This document shows, piece after piece, positions 52,233 to 62,698 of a stretch of 64,000 bases of DNA; the first letter of the stretch is position 1; each line of letters starts with the position of its first letter. The notes under the pieces were generated by a model. That model worked only from the letters and a program-made list of their open reading frames with translations, had not been told where the DNA came from and searched no databases. The stretch is taken from sequence record PQ182779.1. One strand, 5' to 3'. Both the position numbers and the translations under genes were made by a program.

Positions 52233-54377
52233 TTACAAGCCACGGTCAGTTTTACTGAGCGCAGAAAGTATTTGCCCGCCCATATTACCGCTGAAGATGG
52301 TATTGGCCAGGTTAGAGTACGAGAAGAATCTATCGAAACTGTTCACTACCCTGTTCCAGTTACGCTTGAAGCGCGGTAACATGTAAATCTGGTCATGGAG
52401 ACCCAGACTGGATAATACGTTAGTGTACATTTCAAACGACGAATCTTGCGGGAACAGCAGCCGGTTCCATGTAGTTGGGTCAAAGTTACGTAGACCAAAT
52501 GCCTCGTTAAGGTTCATGGCCGCCACTGACGAAAGGTCAGTGATCGTTAACCTGACATCAATCCCGAGGTATTCCCCGTTTTTCGTCCAAGGCATATTCG
52601 AGGTTGCACGAGTAATATCGATGGCCGTGATCATCCCCAAAGGAATCGAACAACGACCCTGGCAATAAAACTCACCGATGAAAGGTGCTGTATACGAACC
52701 AGTCCCCGTTGCCCTTGGTAACGCCCCCACTAACATTGTGATCAACGGAAGGATTTCGCACTGGAAGCGATTGAAGTTATCTCCCGCCCATGCTCGTAAC
52801 GGAATTGTTAGCGACATCTGGTTAAAACTCGCAGAAGAACTGTCGTAATGTTTAGGAATATCGACAAAGGCGTTCCCTGCAATAGCGCCAACACCCGAGA
52901 TATGAAGAGAATCCATAATCCCGCCCGCTATGTCTTTCACTGTGTTAACGATCTCTTGCATCCCTGGAATACCAAGGAAATTCCCTTCTGCCATACTGAA
53001 ACGCATACTGGCCGCTCTGGAAGAAGTGCTGTTGATTGTCGACTGGAGATCGGACTCGCGTACACTGTTTGAGAAAGATTCACTGGCCGACTCACGTCCA
53101 TCGATTCGAAGGGTTAGCCATTGAGAACCATCGCGCTGCGCCGCTTTAAAGGTCGCATAAGCACGACCAATGACCTCATCAGTGAAATAGTCTTTGACGC
53201 TTTCGTACGCTTGTTCAATAACACCTTTCTGCGCTTCATTAGTTCCGTTATCAGCCACGGGACTAATCGCATTACCGTTGGCATCGGTCGTTGTCGCTGT
53301 GGATTGCTGAGCGGTGTTAACCTCGGCATTGCTGGCTTCATTCCCCGCCGTAGCAGGTGATTCAGTGAGACGTCCGTCTGGGTCTTTCAGATAAGCGTTA
53401 AGGAACTCTTCAGTGGTCGCGTAAGTTTTCTTTTTGGCCTTGTTCAGTGATGCCGTTGCACCTCCGCCAGTCATCCACGCGTAGATACTTGACATCACGC
53501 CATTACCGTTACTCTGGTTTTGTGCGGCAATTTCATTAATTGCCTCATGCCACGCGTTAGCGTATGCCTGCGCCCGTGTCGCTGTCGCGTAGATATCGAT
53601 ACCGGTTAAACCGTCAGCACGGAAAAGTTCCGGTACCATCTGGTCATAAACCGACTTCTCTCTGGCGCCAATCTCAAACGCTGTTTTTGTTGCTTGTTCG
53701 ATAGACTCCACACCAGGGTCACCAGATTCCGACATCGGTGTGGTACCGTTTAAACTCGCACCTTCTGTAAGTTTAAGCCATGAATCCGTAGTAGGCTTTG
53801 CTGCGAGATCAAGGTTGGAGGCAATGTTGTTGGCAAAGTCGTTGACGTATTTCCAGTACAGGCCCATCGTCGGTTTAAGATAATAGAATTTCGTACTGAC
53901 CGTTCCGGTAAACCATTTGATGGCGGTGAACGTCATGATAAACGGAACAAGTCGAACAGAGAACGCCCAGCCGATCGCCCGGCCAATTAAATTCCCTACA
54001 CCGGATGCCCGTCCAGTACGAACCAAACGCGCATCGTCGGAGCTGTAGAAGTTACCGAAGAAACTCGCCAGACTGTTATAGTTCGGTACACCAAATCGCA
54101 TGTGGAGTAAAACTGAGTTGTCATCAATGTTTTCAGAATACCACGCACCTTGGCCCTCGCCGATTTCAACATAACGGTCTAAGACAGGGTCTGAAAAGAG
54201 ACAGGGTTGGGGTGGTGCATTCAATGCCCAGTTTCCGCCCAACGTAGTATCGGTGTATTTAAAATAGGCGCTGGAGTGGTTACGGTAATAAATGTCGTCA
54301 TCATCAACCGCATCGGCAGGAAGTAAGAATGCCTGACGCGTCCAGCTATCGTCAGTTACTGTATCTAATGTCGCCAT
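52233..54377 (-). CDS. baseplate/tail-tube initiator-like virion protein (phiKZ gp182-type), 714 aa
   Basis: Directly downstream of the tape-measure gene. YKYTDTTLGGNWALNAPPQ, HMRFGVPNYNSL and GRCSIPLGMITAIDITRA resemble tube-initiator folds. Confidence 0.6.
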   Translation of the reverse strand: MATLDTVTDDSWTRQAFLLPADAVDDDDIYYRNHSSAYFKYTDTTLGGNWALNAPPQPCLFSDPVLDRYVEIGEGQGAWYSENIDDNSVLLHMRFGVPNYNSLASFFGNFYSSDDARLVRTGRASGVGNLIGRAIGWAFSVRLVPFIMTFTAIKWFTGTVSTKFYYLKPTMGLYWKYVNDFANNIASNLDLAAKPTTDSWLKLTEGASLNGTTPMSESGDPGVESIEQATKTAFEIGAREKSVYDQMVPELFRADGLTGIDIYATATRAQAYANAWHEAINEIAAQNQSNGNGVMSSIYAWMTGGGATASLNKAKKKTYATTEEFLNAYLKDPDGRLTESPATAGNEASNAEVNTAQQSTATTTDANGNAISPVADNGTNEAQKGVIEQAYESVKDYFTDEVIGRAYATFKAAQRDGSQWLTLRIDGRESASESFSNSVRESDLQSTINSTSSRAASMRFSMAEGNFLGIPGMQEIVNTVKDIAGGIMDSLHISGVGAIAGNAFVDIPKHYDSSSASFNQMSLTIPLRAWAGDNFNRFQCEILPLITMLVGALPRATGTGSYTAPFIGEFYCQGRCSIPLGMITAIDITRATSNMPWTKNGEYLGIDVRLTITDLSSVAAMNLNEAFGLRNFDPTTWNRLLFPQDSSFEMYTNVLSSLGLHDQIYMLPRFKRNWNRVVNSFDRFFSYSNLANTIFSGNMGGQILSALSKTDRGL

Positions 54378-54397
54378 TTCTGTTCCTTTAAAAATAA

Positions 54398-54415
54398 GGG
54401 GAGATTTCTCTCCCC
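54398..54415 (-). terminator. short hairpin H17
   Basis: GGGGAGA-TTTC-TCTCCCC, with a T-rich run on the minus strand downstream. Confidence 0.45.
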
Positions 54416-54422
54416 AATTTAG

Positions 54423-57400
54423 TTAACGAAAGTTCTGCGAGATACTCGTATCGAACGGTTCAAAAGGTTGTTTCCCTCGACTCCCCGTACTGATATCTTT
54501 CCCTCTTAATTCGCTGCTGTTAGGATTGGTCTTAGGGGAAGAATTATTTTCCCCACCGGTTACCGGCACCCCTTTCTCCAGAAGACCTTTGATCAACTTC
54601 AACGTACTGTCCATAGATTTCTGCGTCTCAAGCTGTTCATTCAACGTGTCGGCCCATGTACTTGTCGTACTCGCCGTTTCAGCTGATTGTTTTCTGGATG
54701 CTGCCACAGCAATGCGATTAGCTTCCGCAGTGTTCTCGCGCTGTACTGCCTGCTGAGCCAATGCTTTAGCGTCACGACTGTCCGTGGTACGGGTCGTTGC
54801 CGGCGTGACCGTATCGGTCCCCCTTGTCGTGACAGACGTACTTGTCGTACTACCGACAGGCATCTCACCTTTCGCCGGATTGCTGACGATAGTGTTTGAT
54901 CCCGTCGATGGTGCAACAGGCGGGGTTGTCTCTGTCTCTTTCGGGGCACTGGTACTGACCGCATCACTTCCCCCACCCGGAACGGCTGGTCCAGCCTTCC
55001 CTGTCATCCCGTTCGCCAGCTGAGCGTACTGCCCACCATTTCTGGAGAGATAACCACCAAGACTCGCTACAAGGTCACCCGTCGTCCTGACGTTCTTAAA
55101 GATCTCAGGGTTCGCTCTCGCAACTTTATAATAGTTATCACCCATCGCCGATTGAATCGGTGTGTTGGTCGGTACACGCAGTACGTTCCTTGCACCCCCT
55201 GGCCCTAAGAAGTGCGCCATATAGATATCAGTGGTCGTCAATGGTCTACCAATGTCACCGATGATCTTCGCGTTCTGTTTCATGTATTCCGCCGTGGCCA
55301 ATAACGACGCACGTGGGTCATACTGAGACGTATTCGGGTTCACACCGTATTTCTTAACAAGAGTAGGGAGAATCTCTTTCCAGGTTCCATCAAGGAACTG
55401 ACCGAGTCCTGCTGCTGAGGAGTTCCCGTTCTTCGCCCGAAGCTCAAAGCGAGATTCCTGCGCCACCATTGCCGCCAATGAACCGGCATCAACGCCGACC
55501 ATCTTAGCCACTGCTGCAATCGAATCTTTCACGTTATCCCAACCGTCTCCTTTCGGATCAGGGATATCATTAATCGACCCGCCGGTACCTTCACCGGAAT
55601 GCAGTAAGTTGGTATCCGTGAAACTGCTACCCGCTTCCGAACGTTCAAAGGAGGTTCCCATTGAACCCACACGTTGACCGTAAACACCGACACCGTTAGC
55701 GCCAGTAGCACGTCCCCGCGTATCGGCAGTTAACGCACGGTTATCGCTATAAAGGTCAGCAATCTTGTTACCCAGTGACGAGTTACGAAGCGCTTTACCA
55801 TCAAAGGTCATCTTGGCGATTTCCGCTTCTGTCTTCACTTTCTCTTGGTAAACTTCCTTTTTCCCTTCGAGACGTAATGCATCCAGGTTAGACTGAATAA
55901 CACTGCTGTCCGTGTTTGAGAAGCGGTTAGGCCACGGTGATGCTTTAATGGTCCAGACAGAGACTTTCCCGCCATTGACCTCGGTCGTCGCGCTGTTCAT
56001 GAAGTTTGCAATCTTCAGGAGATCGCTCGCGTTCAGTTTCTTCCATGCGACCATCGGCGAACTATTAGGCGCGATGAAATTGCTTTCAGAACAGAAGTTC
56101 AAGAAGACAGGTAGGAAACGTTTCGTGAACCAGAATAGCCACTGTGCCTTTTCATTGGCGTTATTACTGTTAATACCGAATTGACCGTTCCAGTTAGCGA
56201 AGAACTGTTCGCTGTTCCCTGTCCAGAGGGCTACTCCTTTATCGCCGTATCGAATGAATTTCAACGCCTCAGTCTCTAATGCGAGTAAGGCGTTAACGTC
56301 CCCTTTCAACAGCTCGCGTAAACCGTAAAGTTTAACACGTATCGAGGTCAGGTCATCAATGCGGTTCCCCATCTCGATCAATTCATCCTTGCGCTTATCG
56401 CCGGTCAGGGAAGTTAGCCCTTTCCGGGTATCGCCCGGTGAATAGTAGAGATCGGTTGTTGGATTTACTGTCCGGTTAGCATTATTGGCTTGTGCTTCCT
56501 GTGCCTTTTTGTTCAGTAACTCGATTCCCTTCGGTTGCTTCACGTCTGAAGTAGTGACCAGTTTCTTCTCGCCCGAGGCGATCGCCTTTTTCTCTGCTTC
56601 CGCAAACTCTGCGATGACCTGGTCACGGAAACCGGCAACAAACCGATCACCTGTTACTGAAGACATATTAGGGAATGGCGAGTCAGAGACCAGATAAGGA
56701 GATTCTTTTCCACCGGATGCAATGAAGGTGGCTTTGGCGAAGTCCCCTCGTTGACTCGGTTTCAGGAATTCACTCTCGGTGATTTTAGCTTTAGGGTCCA
56801 TCCGATAAAGTGTTTCAACGTTACGGGTAAAGACCGGAACGAAACGCATCTGATACCACCGTGTCCAACGCTGTACACTACGCTGGTCAGTGATCTCAAC
56901 ATCAAAGGCACTCAGTAACTCTTGGAAAGGTAACGAACCAATCTTGAGTTTCCCTTGCCCTGAGATCTGACTGTTTTTCAGAACCGCTTCTTCTAATGCA
57001 AGTACTTTACCCGCCCGGTCACTGTCTTTCGGGTTGACGCCGTACTGTGCTGCACGGTAGTTTCTCAGCGATGTCATTCTGTTCTTGTAGGCTTGGTATC
57101 CTTTATAAATCAGATAACCTACACCCGCAGCTACCGCCGCTGTGACCAGAACAGGCGCAGAGAGTAATGACCCTGCCGCTACCGCAGCGCCCCTTGCTAA
57201 CATTCCGACTCCGCTAAATAACCCTCTTCCTAAGAAGCCCGCAACCCCTAGCGCCCCTTTCCCGACTTTCTTCAGTACGTTACCGGTTCTACGTAGCAGA
57301 CCGCCTCTCCTACCTCCTGAGCCTGCTACATCCCCTGCCAAATCCCCAGCAGCATCTAACGCTTTCGCACCGCTTATCCAGCGAGGAAGTTCTTTGATCC

Positions 57401-60400
57401 ATTTCCAGAAATTCCCGAATCCGGTTGCAATTTTCCCGACAATGGCACCAACTCCCGTGATAGCGGCCCAGATCAGTTTACCCCAACCACCCCCTTCCTT
57501 CGCCGCTTTCTCAGCGTGTTCAGGTTTGGTCTCTTCCGGTTTCTTTTTCTGAAGACGCTGCCACCAACTTCCGGTACGATTCTTGAGTTTCTCGAACCCG
57601 CCCGTTAAGCGATTCTTGATACCCGAAACACTACCTGTTTCGGTATCGAGGCCGTCAAGTGGATCTTTCCCGGTGAACTGATTAACTAAGAGTCGATAGA
57701 TACGTTTTAGCCATGGTGTCGACCCGCCAGAGAATCCTATCCCTGTATTCAAGCCCCTATTTAAAACACCGCCTACTGCACTCAAACCGTTAGAAGCTAA
57801 ATTAATCGCACCGTTTTTCAGTCCATTTAAAATCTTAAACGGGGTTGTAAGTAAACCACCCACCCCGCGGAGACCGTTGCCGATCATCCCCGTAAGTTTA
57901 GCCAGTCCAGTACGAACGCTACGGCCATTCTTATCAACCAATCCTTTAGCAGCATCCTCAGCAGAAAGTACAGGTGTCATGGTTCTGGTGCGAGGGTCAA
58001 TCACCCCGACGTCACCGTCAATATCGGAAAGTTTCTTGATGACTTTCCCAGTACGCATCGAGAAATATTCCCCATTCGCCAACTTACTGGCGTAGAGACG
58101 CGGTTTCATTTCTCCGAGCACGTAAATATCTGGTAAGCGACCGAATAAGGAAAAGAGACCTTTCCCTAATCCGCCTGCAGCACCTTTGAGTAAATGATAA
58201 GGGGTAAACCTTCCGTTTAATAGACTCCCCACCGCACCGAGTACTTTGTTAAAGGATGTCTTAATGCGGTTTCCTGCGGCGTTAAACAAACCCCGTCTCG
58301 CTTCGTCGTCGGTCAGGACCTGAGTGTTATTTACCACGTCCCAGACTGCGCCCCGTACGTCAGAAAGTTTCTTGATAACCTTCCCGGTGGCTTGGTCAAC
58401 GTAACGACCCGCTGCCAGTCCTTCTTTTTCAATGACTTTCTTTAAACCCTGTGCCGTCGCGATATAGCCGTCTTGAACTTTCTCAAACGCCTGCATCCCG
58501 AAACCTAAGACTTTATTCAGGCCAAAGGTACCGATCGTCATGGCTGCATTGAAAGCCGGGCGACGTACTCGCTTAAAGATCTCCCCTGCTGCTTTAAGCG
58601 GTAAACCGCCAAGATCCCACATCCCTTTCACACCACGACGAATACCGCCGATACCCGCACGGAGCCCGCGTTTAGCCCAGTTCCGTGAGAAACGACGACG
58701 CCCGCCTTGATCGCCAGTATCACCGCCTTGACCACCGCCACCTCCTCCGTTGAGACAACACCCTTCCAGCGCGGTAAGCTGTGCCTCTATTCTGGCCATT
58801 TGCTCATCCCAGAACAACTGAGAGTGTTTCATGGACTCAAGGATTCTATCGGTTTGTTCCGCTAACGCCGTCCCGAAAGAATTTTGTTGGTTCCCGTTAA
58901 GATTAAAGTTAACCGAATTCGGGTTGGTCCAATCTTGTCCGAAGCGACGGAGTTCAGTGATAGGCGGGGTACCCGGCGGTGGGTTACGAGGACGATGTGG
59001 ACCCATGTCGTTAGGGTTAGTCGAGTCGTTGTTACCCGGTGAAGGTTTACCAGATACGCGTGAACCGTAATAGTCTGGGTTAACTTCCCAATTACCGTTC
59101 TTAAAGACCACTGCGCCTTCTGAGATCAGTTCTTCAAGGTTACCGGTTTGCGCTAACGCATGGGCACGATTAAAGATACCCTGCGTTTGGTTAGAGGCGT
59201 AGTTATACTGACCGGCATCGATATTAAGGTTAACGTTTGAAGAAGAGAACGGGTTAAGCGACCATTCACTTTTCTCGTTCAGTTTCAGTCCATAACGTTT
59301 CGCCATCAGTCCTTGCCAAAGGCGTTGGTCGTCACGGGATAACCCTGAGATTTTCTCATTAGCTAGGGCTGCCGGGTTAAAGGCTTTCGAGGTTCTTGCC
59401 CTTGTCATCAGGTGATCAGAAATTTTACCTTTAGCGTCGGGAGATAACCGGTTGTTGTTATCGATGTTCTCGATAAGACGATTAATATTCTCACGCTGTG
59501 AATTGATATCGGTGTCTTTAATCAACGCCTGACGCGTCGACGCCACCGATTCATTAAAGGAGGTAAAAATGCCCTTCTGACGGTTGAAAACCGTGCGCTG
59601 CGTGTTATTATCGCCCGTCCTGAGGACGTCGATACTATGTAAGATTCGGGACAGGTACCCGGACATCTCTTCCATATAGCTGAGTTTACGCTCGTCTACA
59701 GTCGAGATTTTTTCTCCGTTCCCCAATCCTCCGGCGCGAACTACGCCTTCGTCACGGTAACCGCCACGTAAGGTGTCTTTAACAAAGTTCTCGATGGGAT
59801 TATACCATTTCCCGTAACGGTAACCGGAATTTCCCCAATCTGACGCTAAACGTTCTTTGTTGTTAAAGAGGTAGTTGACGCCCTGGAATGTACCGTCCAA
59901 TCGACGTAGTGAAGGCGCACTTTTATTAATGCGTTTTCCGATACGTTTACCGATTTGTAACGCACCCCAGTTCCCTGCTGCCCCTGCTAAAAACTCCTCC
60001 GGGGTGACACCCATTGACGCTAGTAATTCCCGTTGCGCCTCGAGCTGTTCGAGAGAATCGTTGGCCATTGAAAAACCCATAGTGAGTTTTTGCATTCTGT
60101 CGTTAATGGCTTGTTTCGCACGGTCTTTGAACTGGTTACGATAATTACTGGTCCAGTCGTACATTGACTGTTGGATGCGACCAAAGATTTTCTCGCGGCC
60201 CATTCGAAGGAATTCTTCCGAACGGTGCTGTTTTACTACGTCAGGTAACGCGGTGTTTTCGACAACGCTTCTGAGCAGGTTGGAGGTTTCAACCGCAGAC
60301 TTCTGTGCCACGTCTAAATGGGCACGCGAAACCATCAGCTGTCGAATTTGAAGCTCCATACTTTTCTTTTGAAATGCACGCTGTGCACCAAACTGATAAG

Positions 60401-61007
60401 CGGTCTGCTTCGCCAGGAGATTCTGAATACTCGCAATGGCCGTACCCAGTTTTATTTTATACTGCTGATCCGTCAGTTTCTCAGTCAGTTCCTCAGGGCT
60501 CATCTGCTTCGGTTTGTCGTCGTCTTGATTGAAGACTTGAGCTAACGACTGGAGTACCGCTGCGTCTTCAATATTGAGCGCCGCCATTTGAGAACCTGAT
60601 TTATCTGTCCCGTTGTTTCTCGTCAGAAACGCATCGATCTTTTTCTGATACGGTGTAGGAACAAGACGGTTGACGGTACGACCCAACGCTTTCATTTCTC
60701 GCAGCATCGGGGCGGCATCTTTACGGACGTCAGCGTAAAGCGATCGAACGTCGATTAAACCTTTATCAACGTTATCTAAGGTTGTAGTGAAAGAACGCGG
60801 CATGGCCTCTTTCAGGATGGTTTTCGCCATCTGACTGGTAAAGGTCGTTTTCCCCATCTCACGGAGAACGGTCTTTCCTGCCTTTTTTACAGCCTCGCGT
60901 TTACCGCTTCCGTCTTTCGCACCTTGAGGTTCTTTGTCCATGCCCCAATTATCTTCGAGATCAAAATCGTCAAAACGATCCAGATCTATTTTTTCTCTTT
61001 TGGCCAT
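54423..61007 (-). CDS. tail tape-measure protein with lytic transglycosylase domain (phiKZ gp181-type), 2194 aa
   Basis: LAAMVAQESRFELRAKNGNSSAAGLGQFLDGTW (catalytic Glu at 55455-55457) and IYMAHFLGPGGA are SLT motifs. Very long helical, G/A/L-rich body. Confidence 0.88.
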   Translation of the reverse strand: MAKREKIDLDRFDDFDLEDNWGMDKEPQGAKDGSGKREAVKKAGKTVLREMGKTTFTSQMAKTILKEAMPRSFTTTLDNVDKGLIDVRSLYADVRKDAAPMLREMKALGRTVNRLVPTPYQKKIDAFLTRNNGTDKSGSQMAALNIEDAAVLQSLAQVFNQDDDKPKQMSPEELTEKLTDQQYKIKLGTAIASIQNLLAKQTAYQFGAQRAFQKKSMELQIRQLMVSRAHLDVAQKSAVETSNLLRSVVENTALPDVVKQHRSEEFLRMGREKIFGRIQQSMYDWTSNYRNQFKDRAKQAINDRMQKLTMGFSMANDSLEQLEAQRELLASMGVTPEEFLAGAAGNWGALQIGKRIGKRINKSAPSLRRLDGTFQGVNYLFNNKERLASDWGNSGYRYGKWYNPIENFVKDTLRGGYRDEGVVRAGGLGNGEKISTVDERKLSYMEEMSGYLSRILHSIDVLRTGDNNTQRTVFNRQKGIFTSFNESVASTRQALIKDTDINSQRENINRLIENIDNNNRLSPDAKGKISDHLMTRARTSKAFNPAALANEKISGLSRDDQRLWQGLMAKRYGLKLNEKSEWSLNPFSSSNVNLNIDAGQYNYASNQTQGIFNRAHALAQTGNLEELISEGAVVFKNGNWEVNPDYYGSRVSGKPSPGNNDSTNPNDMGPHRPRNPPPGTPPITELRRFGQDWTNPNSVNFNLNGNQQNSFGTALAEQTDRILESMKHSQLFWDEQMARIEAQLTALEGCCLNGGGGGGQGGDTGDQGGRRRFSRNWAKRGLRAGIGGIRRGVKGMWDLGGLPLKAAGEIFKRVRRPAFNAAMTIGTFGLNKVLGFGMQAFEKVQDGYIATAQGLKKVIEKEGLAAGRYVDQATGKVIKKLSDVRGAVWDVVNNTQVLTDDEARRGLFNAAGNRIKTSFNKVLGAVGSLLNGRFTPYHLLKGAAGGLGKGLFSLFGRLPDIYVLGEMKPRLYASKLANGEYFSMRTGKVIKKLSDIDGDVGVIDPRTRTMTPVLSAEDAAKGLVDKNGRSVRTGLAKLTGMIGNGLRGVGGLLTTPFKILNGLKNGAINLASNGLSAVGGVLNRGLNTGIGFSGGSTPWLKRIYRLLVNQFTGKDPLDGLDTETGSVSGIKNRLTGGFEKLKNRTGSWWQRLQKKKPEETKPEHAEKAAKEGGGWGKLIWAAITGVGAIVGKIATGFGNFWKWIKELPRWISGAKALDAAGDLAGDVAGSGGRRGGLLRRTGNVLKKVGKGALGVAGFLGRGLFSGVGMLARGAAVAAGSLLSAPVLVTAAVAAGVGYLIYKGYQAYKNRMTSLRNYRAAQYGVNPKDSDRAGKVLALEEAVLKNSQISGQGKLKIGSLPFQELLSAFDVEITDQRSVQRWTRWYQMRFVPVFTRNVETLYRMDPKAKITESEFLKPSQRGDFAKATFIASGGKESPYLVSDSPFPNMSSVTGDRFVAGFRDQVIAEFAEAEKKAIASGEKKLVTTSDVKQPKGIELLNKKAQEAQANNANRTVNPTTDLYYSPGDTRKGLTSLTGDKRKDELIEMGNRIDDLTSIRVKLYGLRELLKGDVNALLALETEALKFIRYGDKGVALWTGNSEQFFANWNGQFGINSNNANEKAQWLFWFTKRFLPVFLNFCSESNFIAPNSSPMVAWKKLNASDLLKIANFMNSATTEVNGGKVSVWTIKASPWPNRFSNTDSSVIQSNLDALRLEGKKEVYQEKVKTEAEIAKMTFDGKALRNSSLGNKIADLYSDNRALTADTRGRATGANGVGVYGQRVGSMGTSFERSEAGSSFTDTNLLHSGEGTGGSINDIPDPKGDGWDNVKDSIAAVAKMVGVDAGSLAAMVAQESRFELRAKNGNSSAAGLGQFLDGTWKEILPTLVKKYGVNPNTSQYDPRASLLATAEYMKQNAKIIGDIGRPLTTTDIYMAHFLGPGGARNVLRVPTNTPIQSAMGDNYYKVARANPEIFKNVRTTGDLVASLGGYLSRNGGQYAQLANGMTGKAGPAVPGGGSDAVSTSAPKETETTPPVAPSTGSNTIVSNPAKGEMPVGSTTSTSVTTRGTDTVTPATTRTTDSRDAKALAQQAVQRENTAEANRIAVAASRKQSAETASTTSTWADTLNEQLETQKSMDSTLKLIKGLLEKGVPVTGGENNSSPKTNPNSSELRGKDISTGSRGKQPFEPFDTSISQNFR

Positions 61008-61051
61008 TTTGTTCCCTTAAAAGGTTAATCGTCTGTTAACAGGATTAGACA

Positions 61052-62683
61052 ATGCGTACTAACGATATCCCATTCAATATCTTCCTCATGGATTTAACCC
61101 CTCAACTGATACGGAGTATGCGGCCGACCAGTACGACCGAAATCTTTGAAACCGGTACCCGTAATTTCCATAAGGACGGTTTATTCTCAGTAGAAACATT
61201 CGGTCCCTTAGGTTCACCTGAACGCGATGGGCGTTTCAGTTATATCGAACTCCATACCCGTGTTTTTCACCCGCTCGTTTATAAACGACTCGGTTCATTA
61301 AAACGTCTTTATTTGGATATTCTGGAAGGGCGACGTTATGCCGTCTTTAACACAGAAACCTTCGATTTCGAACCCAGCAACGAAATGGAGGGCGAAACCG
61401 GCTTCTCCTTTTTTGTACGTCATTTCCCCGATTTGAAATTAGAAGAAGGCGATTCCGAACTCCGTAATCTCCGCGTGAAGCTCATCAACAAAAATAAAGA
61501 CAAAGCGCTGACTGATAAAGTCCTGGTCATGCCGGCAGGTCTGCGTGATCTGATGGTAGAAACCTCAGGGCGTACGAGTGAAGACGAAATCAACAAATTC
61601 TATCGTTCTATCATCTCAATCTCCAACAGTCTGGAGATGGGTCGTGAGCCTTCTGAAGACCCTTTAATCAATAACAGTCGTTTACAATTACAACGACAGT
61701 TCAACGAGATATTCGAAAGTATCTTTAACATGATTAAAGGAAAGAAAGGTTTTGCTGCTGCGAAATGGGCGTCACGTAAAATCATTAACGGTACAGCGAA
61801 CGTTATTTCGCCAATGAAGATCACAGGGACTCGAATTGGTGAAACGAATACACCAGGGATTAACCACGTTCAGTTAGGGCTCTACCAGACCATCAAAGCG
61901 GTCCTTCCTAAGACACGCTATTTCTTACGCTCAGGTTGGCTAGGTGAAGTTTTCTCGGGTAACAGCGAAGATGAAATCCGTTTGACGAACCCCAAAACTC
62001 TCCGTGCTGAATACGTACAACCCTCTCCGGAAGCCGTTGAACGTTGGACAACCCGTGACGGTTTAGATGCCCAGATCACCCGCTATAAAACCCCGGCCTT
62101 CAGAAATAAACCAATTTTAATAGACGGTTATTATTTAGGACTGCTCTATTGGGGTGAAGAAGGGTTCCGGTTCTTCGCTGATATCAACGAACTCCCAGCG
62201 GGTTTCGATAAGCGGTTTGTTAGCCCGATTAACATGACCTCGCTTTATTACCTGTCCGGGTATCGTGAATGGGGTAAGTTAGCAGGCGTAGTGACTCGTT
62301 ACCCTGTTACAGGACAAGGGTCGACTTTCATAGCAAACATTTACTGCAAACCGACTATTGTTTCTAGCGTAAAAGCTGAACTCGGCCACGACTGGCGGAG
62401 ACTGGGTGACGATTTCATTTGTTTCGAATTCCCTGATCAAAGCAAATCGGTAGAGTACGTTAACTCTATGGGGATAGGCGTCAGTTATCTCTCTCCATTG
62501 GGTGCCGACTTCGATGGCGACCGTTGTACCTTTACAGCGATCTATGCCTCGGATTCTATTGCTGAATACGAAATGCTAAAAGGTCGTAAAGAATGGTTCC
62601 TCTCTTCCCGCGGTACTCTCTCTAAGAGCGCGGATGTCGATAACGTACAATTAGTCTTACGTAACATTACTGGTGAAGCTTAA
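61052..62683 (+). CDS. virion RNA polymerase beta' subunit, N-terminal part (phiKZ gp180-type)
   Basis: DGLFSVETFG, VLVMPAGLRD, IKGKKGF and LGADFDGD (catalytic Mg-binding motif, 62501-62521). Confidence 0.9.
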   Translation: MRTNDIPFNIFLMDLTPQLIRSMRPTSTTEIFETGTRNFHKDGLFSVETFGPLGSPERDGRFSYIELHTRVFHPLVYKRLGSLKRLYLDILEGRRYAVFNTETFDFEPSNEMEGETGFSFFVRHFPDLKLEEGDSELRNLRVKLINKNKDKALTDKVLVMPAGLRDLMVETSGRTSEDEINKFYRSIISISNSLEMGREPSEDPLINNSRLQLQRQFNEIFESIFNMIKGKKGFAAAKWASRKIINGTANVISPMKITGTRIGETNTPGINHVQLGLYQTIKAVLPKTRYFLRSGWLGEVFSGNSEDEIRLTNPKTLRAEYVQPSPEAVERWTTRDGLDAQITRYKTPAFRNKPILIDGYYLGLLYWGEEGFRFFADINELPAGFDKRFVSPINMTSLYYLSGYREWGKLAGVVTRYPVTGQGSTFIANIYCKPTIVSSVKAELGHDWRRLGDDFICFEFPDQSKSVEYVNSMGIGVSYLSPLGADFDGDRCTFTAIYASDSIAEYEMLKGRKEWFLSSRGTLSKSADVDNVQLVLRNITGEA

Positions 62684-62698
62684 AGGAGTTTCTCTGCA

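Noticed and set aside
54526-60545. Many short plus-strand ORFs within the tape-measure gene
   Set aside because: Antisense shadows of a G/A/T-rich coding strand, with no RBS or domain signal.
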